A DNA stretch of 62,749 nt, filler included, from a bacterium (lineage in GTDB: Bacteria > JALSQH01): assembly GCA_026985515.1 (NCBI GenBank). It is 7 parts of 7 records of this genome, joined end to end, with 100 filler letters (N's around TTAATTAATTAA, not from the genome) between each part and the next. Parts side by side here need not be neighbours in the genome. Positions count along the whole stretch, not along the records: positions 10,956 to 30,561 come from JALSQH010000017.1; positions 30,662 to 49,881 come from JALSQH010000018.1; 5 more parts are not named here. One strand, written 5' to 3'. This document shows positions 27,358-36,069 of the stretch, one piece after another (the first letter of the stretch is position 1; every line of letters begins with the position of its first letter). Made by a program: the position numbers and the translations under genes. Under the pieces are notes generated by a model. It made no database searches and had not been told where the DNA came from. It was given only the letters and a program-made list of their open reading frames with translations.

Positions 27358-30072
27358 TTAAAGTTTTTTCAACCTGACCGTGAATTCCTGTGAAAGAAAC
27401 CCGGCGGCTATTGGCTCAACTCCATAACTCACTATTTCACTCAGTGGTGCTCCAACACCATATGCAACTTTGAGCTGTCTGGCCTCGGAACCGAAACTTG
27501 AAGGCATGAAAACAGTATCAGGTCTTACTTTCTCAGTTACATAAGCCTGAATATGGATTTTCTGGCCAGTTTTTGTATTAACTACCTCCAGCAGATCACC
27601 AGATTTGATACCCAGCTTCCGGGCAACCTTACTGTTGATCCACAGACCATATTTTTCAAGAGGATCAATAAGATTATTCACAAATGAGAGGAGCTTGTTA
27701 TCTAAAGTAGCAGCTGAGGCATGTGATTCTGTTGGAGTTTTACCATAGATAAAGTAAAATTCATTTTCACCAATCTTTTTACCCGTTACCTCGGCAGGTA
27801 TATATTTGATTGTGGGATCAATGAATTCATTGTAGCCATGCTGCTGAACCATCATTGCCATCATGTAACTGTAAAACTCAACTCTTCCAGATGGTGTGGG
27901 AGCAGGGAGTTTATAAAAGAGAGCAGATTTTTTGAGGAATTCCTCCTTCTTCTCTATGAGAACCACTCCATCTTTCTTCATTCTGGCCATTATGCCAGGG
28001 TGCTTCTTTTCCAGCAGCATTTCTGTCGCTTTCCTCAAAGCATCGTTATAAGATTTACCTTTTCTGACCTCTTCTGAAACAACCTTTTTGTAGTGTTCAG
28101 CGGGAAGTCCAAACAATTTCTCCATCCATTCATAAAATGGATCAAGGAGATTCAGTTTTTCAAGCCACATCATTGCAACATCGGGATAACTCTTAACATC
28201 ATAGAGGGGTTCCACAACCTTAAATCTGGTTGTCTTCATAAGATCAGGATTTGGACCATTGCCATAGACAAAGGGCTCATCCCTTTCCAGATAGGTGGTG
28301 GAGGGGAGAATTACATCAGCATAAGCAGCTGCCTCTGTGGGTAGAACATCATGAACAATAATCAGTTTTACATTCTTATGAGTGAAGAATTTTTTCCATC
28401 TTTCAGCAGTGTAGAAATTCCTGATGGGATTGTTTCCATTTATAAAAAAGGCCTTTATCTGGTATGGTTTTCCATCAAGCCATTTCAGTTTTCCTTCCAC
28501 AGCTTCATCAAGACCCCAGTCGGCAAAGGCAGGCATCAGAACTGCAGGCTTACCTTCTTTTTCATTCACAATTGAGAAAGCAAAGGAGAAATGAGGATGA
28601 CCATGTTTCCAGCTCCTGGGGTTTCCATAGAGATTGAGGAGTGCCATTGCAAAGAGCATTCCAGGCATTTCACCAGGTCTTACTTCCTCGCCCTTCTGCA
28701 TCGCTCTGAGAAAGTTGGCAACTTTCTCATGATGTTCTCCAGAGAAGACCCATCCACCCTCCTTATCAATATTGCCTGTTAATGCCTGGATCATAGTCTG
28801 TACTCTTCTGATAAGAACGATGTTTCTGTACCGTGAACCATGCCATCCTGGATCCATAACTGGATGTTTCGCTGTTCCAAATCCCTTTGCCACTGCTCTG
28901 ATTGTTGAAGCAGAAACACCGGTAATTTTCTCAGCCCACTCCGGAGTGAACTGTGAAAGCTGCTTTCTGAATAACTGGAAAACTGTAATAACCTTTTTCC
29001 CCCTGAATCTAACATTCGCTGGAATTTCAAGGGCAGGGGAGATTCCTTTTCCGGTGATATCCTTCTCATTTGTATTGGTGTATCCAGGAACTGCCACAAT
29101 TTTCTTGCTGTTTTCATCATATACATAGAATTTCGCGGGCATATTCCTCTTTTTGTCTATTTCCATTACCGGTTGACCATTCTCAGCAAATACAAGATGA
29201 GGCATGTTTGTGTGTTTTTTGAGGAAATCTGCATTATAGTAACCTTTATTAAGCATCTCGCTCATCATCGCAAGGAAAAATTCAAGATCTGTTCCGGGTT
29301 TTATGGGAATCCACTTTGTTGCCCTGGAGGCAGTCTCGGAGAGTCTTGGATCAAGAATAACGACCTCTGCTCCCCTCCTTACAGCCTTTGCAAATCTCAC
29401 CGCCCTGCTTGTTGAAATTCCACCCATTGAAGCATTACCAAGGGCTGCAAGAATGTAATCAGCCTTATCATAATCTGCAAGGACCTCGTCATGAATGTTG
29501 AAATCACCAATAACGAGGTCATTTCCGAAATGGCTTGAACCAACGCAGTGCTGCATGGGTGAAGCCACTATATTGGGCATCCCATAGGCAAGTGTAAAGG
29601 CCAGGGAAACCGGCATGTAGAAGACGCAGTTAAACCACCCGGAAGGCATTGCTATTTCCCATGGCTGTATATTTTCATCCTTAAGCTTTTTGATAATGTA
29701 ATCAATAACCTCGTCCCAGGTGGCTTTTCTGAATTTCCATTCTCCTCTTTTACTTCCTTCCACTCTGATTAGAGGATATTTCAAACGATGAGGATTGTAG
29801 AGAAGCTGTAGCCCTGTCTGGCCTCTTGCACAGATTCTTCCCTGGTTGAGGGAACTCTTGCTGTTGCCTTCAATTTTGACAGCCTTACCTTTCGGGTTCA
29901 CAGCCACCATTATACTGCATGTGGTGGAACAGAAATTACATACTGACGGAACATACCTGATCTGTTTTGTTGTTACCTTTGCTTTTGCCCTGGAAGGCCT
30001 GAGGAGACTTGCTCCTACAGCAACCCCGGCAGCGCCCTTCAAAAACGCTCTTCTGCTAATTTTACCACTCAT
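27358..30072 (-). CDS. Tat-exported Mo/W-bisPGD oxidoreductase catalytic subunit (Psr/Phs/Sre-like)
   Basis: Tat signal SRRAFLK, FS0 CNFCSTTC...C, IKPGTD, YADVILP, PTPSGRVEF; candidate Cys ligand in PMQHC. Confidence 0.85.
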   Translation of the reverse strand: MSGKISRRAFLKGAAGVAVGASLLRPSRAKAKVTTKQIRYVPSVCNFCSTTCSIMVAVNPKGKAVKIEGNSKSSLNQGRICARGQTGLQLLYNPHRLKYPLIRVEGSKRGEWKFRKATWDEVIDYIIKKLKDENIQPWEIAMPSGWFNCVFYMPVSLAFTLAYGMPNIVASPMQHCVGSSHFGNDLVIGDFNIHDEVLADYDKADYILAALGNASMGGISTSRAVRFAKAVRRGAEVVILDPRLSETASRATKWIPIKPGTDLEFFLAMMSEMLNKGYYNADFLKKHTNMPHLVFAENGQPVMEIDKKRNMPAKFYVYDENSKKIVAVPGYTNTNEKDITGKGISPALEIPANVRFRGKKVITVFQLFRKQLSQFTPEWAEKITGVSASTIRAVAKGFGTAKHPVMDPGWHGSRYRNIVLIRRVQTMIQALTGNIDKEGGWVFSGEHHEKVANFLRAMQKGEEVRPGEMPGMLFAMALLNLYGNPRSWKHGHPHFSFAFSIVNEKEGKPAVLMPAFADWGLDEAVEGKLKWLDGKPYQIKAFFINGNNPIRNFYTAERWKKFFTHKNVKLIIVHDVLPTEAAAYADVILPSTTYLERDEPFVYGNGPNPDLMKTTRFKVVEPLYDVKSYPDVAMMWLEKLNLLDPFYEWMEKLFGLPAEHYKKVVSEEVRKGKSYNDALRKATEMLLEKKHPGIMARMKKDGVVLIEKKEEFLKKSALFYKLPAPTPSGRVEFYSYMMAMMVQQHGYNEFIDPTIKYIPAEVTGKKIGENEFYFIYGKTPTESHASAATLDNKLLSFVNNLIDPLEKYGLWINSKVARKLGIKSGDLLEVVNTKTGQKIHIQAYVTEKVRPDTVFMPSSFGSEARQLKVAYGVGAPLSEIVSYGVEPIAAGFLSQEFTVRLKKL

Positions 30073-30119
30073 GGCCTCTCCTCTTTTTTTGATTTTTAGC
30101 GGGGAATGTGAATCTCAAT

Positions 30120-30136
30120 TTGTATACATTATACAA
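30120..30136. promoter_or_regulatory. Inverted repeat TTGTATA-N3-TATACAA, candidate repressor operator
   Basis: Perfect 7-bp arms between the Mo operon promoter and its start codon. Confidence 0.55.
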
Positions 30137-30158
30137 TGTTACCCCCTGAGTTGCTATT

Positions 30159-30186
30159 ATTATATCTCTTAACAGCTCTGTGTCAA
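30159..30186 (-). promoter_or_regulatory. Consensus sigma70 promoter of the Mo operon
   Basis: TTGACA-16-TATAAT on the minus strand. Confidence 0.75.
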
Positions 30187-30202
30187 GTGGCACGGAAATT
30201 CA

Positions 30203-30231
30203 TTGACAGAGGGATAAAGTAACATTATAAT
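30203..30231 (+). promoter_or_regulatory. Consensus sigma70 promoter of the 30254 lipoprotein
   Basis: TTGACA-17-TATAAT followed by SD AGGAGG. Confidence 0.8.
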
Positions 30232-30253
30232 ACTTTCAAGCAGGAGGAAAATT

Positions 30254-30561
30254 ATGAGAAAATTTGGGGCACTGATAGTTATGTTGCTTTTACTCTTCGT
30301 TTCATGCAATAAAAATAATACACAGCTTACAACCGAAGATAAGTTACCACCAGATTTCATGGGAATAAAAAGTGTTACCCCCATTGATGATGACTCTTCC
30401 TATGATTATTTCATGGTCAGATGGTTTAAAGCAAGAGATAATCTTACTCCGGGAAGCAGAATTACATATAAGGTATACTATAAAAGAAGTGAAACTGAAC
30501 TCAGCCCACTTCTGGCAGGTGTTGTAACGGGAGAAACCCTCTCATATATTGTGAAGATACA
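30254..30561 (+). CDS. Lipoprotein with possible Fn3-like domain (3' partial)
   Basis: Lipobox FVSC; PPDFxG..., W..A.D..T....ITY.VY pattern. Confidence 0.65.
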
Positions 30562-30661
30562 NNNNNNNNNNNNNNNNNNNNNNNNNNNNNNNNNNNNNNN
30601 NNNNNTTAATTAATTAANNNNNNNNNNNNNNNNNNNNNNNNNNNNNNNNNNNNNNNNNNNN
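30562..30661. other. Artificial contig spacer
   Basis: N44-TTAATTAATTAA-N44. Confidence 0.98.
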
Positions 30662-32491
30662 GAGTTTAAGAACTATCTCTTAAAGTACGGAAGCATAGAG
30701 GAAAAATTGAAAAAGTTTCTTCAGAGTCACAGGGATCTCCATAATTTTTACGAGGAAATTCTGGTTAAGTCTGAAACAGCTCTTACAGGACTGCCTGTAC
30801 CTGTGGATGTTCTTCTGCGGTTGAAGAAGAGCAGAAGAGTGAGAAAAAGTGAAGAGCTTTATGAGAAGATAAGCAGAATGCAGAAGGATCTTGAGGATAT
30901 TTCCAAGAGGCTGGAAGAAGTTAAATTAATTGCTGAGAAATCTGGAAGGCAGGCCATAATCCCAGGAACCATTTTCAGCCATAATAAAATAAAGCAGATC
31001 CTTTATACAATGAGAATGATTGAACTCAAGCTTCTTCAGTACAAAAAGGCAGAGATAATAAACGCGGTATCTCTTGAAGGTGCCAAGGTTCTGGGAGAGG
31101 TTTATGAATTGAGAAGACTTACTTCCTATCTTATGGATGTACTCGAAGAGTTGAGGAAAAAAGTAGCAGAAAAAAGGAACGAGCTTCTCTCCATACTTGA
31201 TTTTCTGACTGGAGTTTTGCCTCCAGATGTCATTTCGAAGTACGCCGCTGGAATAACCACGGGTATCACCCCTGAACAGAAGAGATACCTTGCGGCAAAG
31301 GCGGAACTGGAGAGGGAATTGAAACAGCTGGAAAATATGAACCCTCTGATAGATTTCTATGAAAATAGAGTTGCTTCAATGAGGGAAATGACCTTTACCA
31401 TTGAAAAAAGGATAATGGATCATTTTGCAAGAAGGATAAGGTATCAGCGAAAAAAGTATTTGAAAAAGATAGATGCGCTGCTTAAAAAAATTGAGTATCT
31501 CCGTAATCAGATTAATGTAATAAGACAGGAAATGGTAAGAAAGAAACTCCAGGCAATAGCCAGAGTGAGAAAGGAAATAACGGAAAAGGAAAAAATACTT
31601 GCACAGTATATAAAAGCACTTGGAAGGTTAAAAAGGGAAGCTGATCAGATGAGGGGTAAGGTTGTGTATGCGGAGCTGGAAAATTTCAGAAAGATGATGG
31701 ATTTTTACACAATGCAGGCTCATATGGGATTTATTGATATAAGCTGGAAGATAAAGGAGGAGAATGAAAAGAAGGTGAATAACCTGTATGAAGCTGAGGC
31801 AGATGAAATAAGCAGGGCTGAGAATTACTACAGCAATCTTCTTGCAGAGGCAAGAAAAAAACCTGAGGTTAAATTAAAGCTCGGAGAGGGAGTTAATTTA
31901 AAACCTGTCAGTGTTGATGAACTTGATAAACTGGAGGAGAATCTTGACTTAAAGGATAGTCTTTACGGATTTGACTTCAGGGATGTTGGTAAAAAGGTTG
32001 CATCTGTGGAACAGAAAGTAGATAGTTACAGCAGGGTTATAACGACCCTCAAAGAATCTCCCTTTAATCCACTTAAGCCGGTAAAACTGAAAGCGGGTAA
32101 AAAGGAGAATGTTTATTTAAGATTACGCATAAGAGATAGAATGGGATGGCAGTACAGGTTGCAAAAAGTAGAGGCATTTATTGACGGATTTCTCCTCTTC
32201 CAGAATGATAGGGTGCAGGACCTACCTAATGCGAAGAATTTCATAGGCTTTGCAGGTATGATTTTACCCGGGGAACACCATCTGGAACTCAAATTTTACT
32301 ATAAAACGAGGGGTTTTCTCTTCTGGAAGCCTGCCAGGAAGAATCTCATAGTCAGAGAATCGTACGATTTTGATTGTGCGCCACATGACAATGTTTTCAT
32401 CACATTTTCAATTGAAAAAGAGAAGGGTGCTCCGGAGGTAATTGAAGCATTTAAAAGAAAAAAGGCTTCTGTAAAGGAAGGAAAAAAATGA
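30662..32491 (+). CDS. Long coiled-coil protein with C-terminal beta domain, first visible gene of the Glt-like cluster (5' partial)
   Basis: Frame open from contig edge; ATGA overlap with the gltD-like gene. Confidence 0.7.
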   Translation, partial: EFKNYLLKYGSIEEKLKKFLQSHRDLHNFYEEILVKSETALTGLPVPVDVLLRLKKSRRVRKSEELYEKISRMQKDLEDISKRLEEVKLIAEKSGRQAIIPGTIFSHNKIKQILYTMRMIELKLLQYKKAEIINAVSLEGAKVLGEVYELRRLTSYLMDVLEELRKKVAEKRNELLSILDFLTGVLPPDVISKYAAGITTGITPEQKRYLAAKAELERELKQLENMNPLIDFYENRVASMREMTFTIEKRIMDHFARRIRYQRKKYLKKIDALLKKIEYLRNQINVIRQEMVRKKLQAIARVRKEITEKEKILAQYIKALGRLKREADQMRGKVVYAELENFRKMMDFYTMQAHMGFIDISWKIKEENEKKVNNLYEAEADEISRAENYYSNLLAEARKKPEVKLKLGEGVNLKPVSVDELDKLEENLDLKDSLYGFDFRDVGKKVASVEQKVDSYSRVITTLKESPFNPLKPVKLKAGKKENVYLRLRIRDRMGWQYRLQKVEAFIDGFLLFQNDRVQDLPNAKNFIGFAGMILPGEHHLELKFYYKTRGFLFWKPARKNLIVRESYDFDCAPHDNVFITFSIEKEKGAPEVIEAFKRKKASVKEGKK

Positions 32492-35400
32492 GAAGATTCA
32501 GATTATTCTTCCTTGCAGGAGTGCTGTTAATACTTTTTCCTGTCACAGTGATGGCAGACAATATTCTCCTGGAGTATGAGACACTCATGAATGATCTCAA
32601 AGTCAGGGCAAAAATGCTTGAAAAGGAGTCTGATTGGCGGGAGAAAATGGTAGAGGAGTATCTGAAAACCCGTCTCAAGAGAGATAAAGAGCTCATAGAG
32701 AGAAAATATAACAGGTTGATTGATCCCTTAAAGGAACAGGAAGTAAAACAGAGAAAGGAATACATAGCTACACTAAAGCTCTTTATTGCACGATATCCCA
32801 ATGCAAAGGTAACCCCTGCCGCCATGCTGAGGCTTGCCGAACTTTATTACGAATATGATGGTGATCTTTATCTTCAGGCTATGAAGAGATATGAGAAACT
32901 TCTCGAACTTTACGATGCTGGCGTGATTGTGCAGAAGCCACTTTTGCCTAAGAAAGATTTTTCAAGGTCCATTGAACTTTATAAACAGGTGGTAACCAGA
33001 TTTCCTCATCACAGGTTGCTTGATGTGGCCTATTATTTGATTGGCTACTGTTACGAAGAGATGGGAGAGCCTCAGAAAGCCCTCGTAGCTTTTCAGAAGC
33101 TGATTGAGCTCAGACCTGACAGTGTTTTTGTCCCCGAAGCATATTTCAGAATAGGGGAGTACTATTTTGACCCCCCCGGAGATGTACCACCAGATATTCC
33201 AAAGGCAATTTACAACTATAAGCAGGTGCTTAAATACAGGAATGAAACCAACCTCTACGACAAGGCTCTTTACAAACTGGGATGGTCATACTACCGGTTA
33301 AATCAGTATCCCCTCTCAGTAACCTATTTTGTAAAAGTTGTTGATTATTACGAAAAAAGGAAAAAGGAAGGGATTCTTAAAAAGAAAGGAGCCTCAGATG
33401 TTTATAAAGAATCCCTCGATTACATTGCCATTAATTTTTCTGAATGGACGGGGCTGCAGGGTCTTATAGATTATTTCAAAAAAATTGGAGACCGCCCCTA
33501 CGAGATATATGTTTTCAAAAAACTTGGAGATGTCTATTTTCAAAGAACCGAATATGATAAGGCACTCAAAGTCTACTATTATGTGTTGAAACGGTGGCCC
33601 ATGGATATCTCAGCACTTGAGGTTCAGAAAAAGATAATGCAGTGTTACGAGAGAAAAAACGATATTGAACATGCTGTGGAAGCAAGGGAAAAGCTGGTGA
33701 CACTTTATGGTCCCGGTTCGGAATGGTATGAAAAAAACAAGGACAATCCCGCCCTTGAAAAAATTTCGAAAGAGATGACAGAGAAGATATTAATTGAGTA
33801 CGCGACATTTCACCATGCAAGAGCTCAGGAGAAAAATGACCTCAGGGAATATCAGCTTGCTATAGAGGGTTACAAAAAATTTCTTAAATTGTTTCCCTTC
33901 TCCCCGAGAACAGCAGAAGTTGAATTTTACATTGCAGAGATTTATTACTCCCTTGGTAAGTATGAGGAGGCGGCAAAATATTATCTCCTTGTTACTCAGA
34001 ATGTGGTAACAAGGGAGAATAAATATCTATCAGATGCTGCCTACAGCCTCGTTATGTGTTACAATCAGATTCTTTCTCAGGAAAAGAAATTTATAATAGA
34101 GGAGGCGAAAAGGAAGTATCGTGAGCTTAAGCAGAGGGTTACGCCACCTCCTGTTACTTACTCAACAGGGAACACTGCTCCCTCATCAGTATCAGCCACC
34201 ACTATAAATAAGAGCTTGAAAAGTTTTTCTTTACCGGTATCTGCTCCAATATATGTGACTGCTACGGGAGAGAGGTTGTTTTTCACACTTCCCGCATCTC
34301 CACCGACAAAGGATGATGAGTGGCTTGCCTATGTTTCTTTTCCCAGAAGCGCTGACAGGCTTATAAAAACATGTAACTATTTTCTTAAACTTCTCCCCAC
34401 TCACAAAAAAGCTCCTAAAATCATTTATATTGCGGGACAAACATATTTCACCTTTGGCAGATATGATGATGCCCGTAATGAGTTGATGAAAGTTGTAGAG
34501 TATTATCCGCGAAACCCCCTTGCCAGGGAGGCTGTGAAAACAATTGTTTACAGTTATGTGAAACAGAAGAGGTATGATCTTCTTGCAAAGTGGGCAAAGG
34601 AAATTGAAAAGAGAGAAGAATTCTCTGATCCAGAAATGAAGAAGTTCTTCGCTGAAATTGTGGGAGGTGCCATTTTCAAAGAGGCAAGGGAAAAGGAAAA
34701 AAGTGCAAAAAATTACATAGAGGTTGCCAAAAAGTACCTCGAAATAGTAAAAAAGTATCCCAGATCCCCCATTGCATATAAAGCACTTTTTAACGCTGCA
34801 AAGGATTACGAAAAAGGTGGAGATCTCAACACTGCAATAGCCATATACAGGAGACTTATAAAGGAGTATCCCGGTAATGAATTGCTCCCGGCTGCATATT
34901 ATCAGATAGCCTATGATTATGATACGATGCTGGATTTTGACAGAGCGATAAACGCCTATCTGACTATGGCAAAGAAGTTTCCAAAGGATCCTCTTGCAAA
35001 AGATGCCCTCAATAACGCTGCCTGGGCTCTCTACAGACTGGAGAGGTGGGAGGAAGCCGCAAATGTGTTTAAAATGTATGCCACCAGATATCCTCAGGAT
35101 CCCTCTATCAGGGAGATTTTATGGAGAATTGGAGAATGTTACGAGAAGGCAGGCAAGTGGGATGAGGCTTTAAAGTCATACAGATTTTATTTGAAAAAAT
35201 ATCCGGATGATTACGAGAAGGAAATGCTTGTTTATTACAAAATTGCCACACATTTTAAAGAGATTGGTGATACGAAGAACATGGAGAAGTATTACAAACT
35301 CATTCTCAAAAAATTTGCCGAATTGAGTAAAAAGGCTGGAAAACCTGTTGGAAATGCATATGCCGCAGAGGCAAGTTTCTACTTTGCAATGAAGACATTT

Positions 35401-36069
35401 AAGGTATACCAGAGCATAAAACTGAAGCTTCCTCAGAAAGTGATGGCCAGGTTACTGGTTAAAAAGAAAAAAATGATGCCGGTAGTATTAAAGGCTTTTA
35501 AAAAGGTTATTGAGTACAAGGACCCCAACTGGAGTGTGGCAGCACTTTACATGATGGGGAGAACCTTTACAGAGTTTGCTGATACACTTTTCAATGCCCC
35601 AATTCCTGCCAACCTCACAGAGGAAGAGAAGGAGGTTTACAGAGAAGAGCTGGAAAATCTTGCCTATCCTCTCGAAGATCAGGCAAGTGCCTTTTATGAA
35701 AAATGCGTTGCCCTGGCTGAGGAAAAAAATATTGACAATAAATGGGTGAGGGAGGCAAGAAAAGCGGTCCATGAATTCAAACCTGAGGTACCTGTCTATG
35801 TATTGAAAGTAAAACCCGAGCCCGCCTTTGGTAAATTGTTTCCAATTTTCGGTTTCAGAAAAGTTGCTCTCAAGAAGAAAAAAAGAGCGGCTCCAGCCAT
35901 TGTCTCTTTTGGAGGAATTAAGATAGATCCTCTGAATATCAGGGAATACAGAAAGTGGCAGGCTATTGACAGAACGAGAAAAACCATTACCTATTCTTCC
36001 ACCATGGAGAAATTTATTATGAATGATCCTTTTTTAAGAGAATTGAGGAAAACAAGGGTTGAGCAGTGA
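32488..36069 (+). CDS. gltD: Large periplasmic TPR protein, GltD/AgmU/NfsD-like
   Basis: Signal peptide, about 1190 aa of TPRs, RLAELYYE, YKLGW, LYGPGSEW, C-terminal WSVAAL..G...NAPIP..L.....Y...L...A.PLE. Confidence 0.72.
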   Translation: MRRFRLFFLAGVLLILFPVTVMADNILLEYETLMNDLKVRAKMLEKESDWREKMVEEYLKTRLKRDKELIERKYNRLIDPLKEQEVKQRKEYIATLKLFIARYPNAKVTPAAMLRLAELYYEYDGDLYLQAMKRYEKLLELYDAGVIVQKPLLPKKDFSRSIELYKQVVTRFPHHRLLDVAYYLIGYCYEEMGEPQKALVAFQKLIELRPDSVFVPEAYFRIGEYYFDPPGDVPPDIPKAIYNYKQVLKYRNETNLYDKALYKLGWSYYRLNQYPLSVTYFVKVVDYYEKRKKEGILKKKGASDVYKESLDYIAINFSEWTGLQGLIDYFKKIGDRPYEIYVFKKLGDVYFQRTEYDKALKVYYYVLKRWPMDISALEVQKKIMQCYERKNDIEHAVEAREKLVTLYGPGSEWYEKNKDNPALEKISKEMTEKILIEYATFHHARAQEKNDLREYQLAIEGYKKFLKLFPFSPRTAEVEFYIAEIYYSLGKYEEAAKYYLLVTQNVVTRENKYLSDAAYSLVMCYNQILSQEKKFIIEEAKRKYRELKQRVTPPPVTYSTGNTAPSSVSATTINKSLKSFSLPVSAPIYVTATGERLFFTLPASPPTKDDEWLAYVSFPRSADRLIKTCNYFLKLLPTHKKAPKIIYIAGQTYFTFGRYDDARNELMKVVEYYPRNPLAREAVKTIVYSYVKQKRYDLLAKWAKEIEKREEFSDPEMKKFFAEIVGGAIFKEAREKEKSAKNYIEVAKKYLEIVKKYPRSPIAYKALFNAAKDYEKGGDLNTAIAIYRRLIKEYPGNELLPAAYYQIAYDYDTMLDFDRAINAYLTMAKKFPKDPLAKDALNNAAWALYRLERWEEAANVFKMYATRYPQDPSIREILWRIGECYEKAGKWDEALKSYRFYLKKYPDDYEKEMLVYYKIATHFKEIGDTKNMEKYYKLILKKFAELSKKAGKPVGNAYAAEASFYFAMKTFKVYQSIKLKLPQKVMARLLVKKKKMMPVVLKAFKKVIEYKDPNWSVAALYMMGRTFTEFADTLFNAPIPANLTEEEKEVYREELENLAYPLEDQASAFYEKCVALAEEKNIDNKWVREARKAVHEFKPEVPVYVLKVKPEPAFGKLFPIFGFRKVALKKKKRAAPAIVSFGGIKIDPLNIREYRKWQAIDRTRKTITYSSTMEKFIMNDPFLRELRKTRVEQ

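Noticed and set aside
27358-30072. Formate dehydrogenase or selenoprotein assignment for the Mo enzyme
   Set aside because: No in-frame TGA and no FDH-type (C/U)H active-site motif recognised
30188-30203. sigma54 promoter TGGCACGGAAATTCAT
   Set aside because: The -12 GC is missing and consensus sigma70 boxes explain the region
25177-30561. Genomic island integrated at the tRNA
   Set aside because: No integrase, no duplicated tRNA 3' end and no obvious compositional shift in the visible contig
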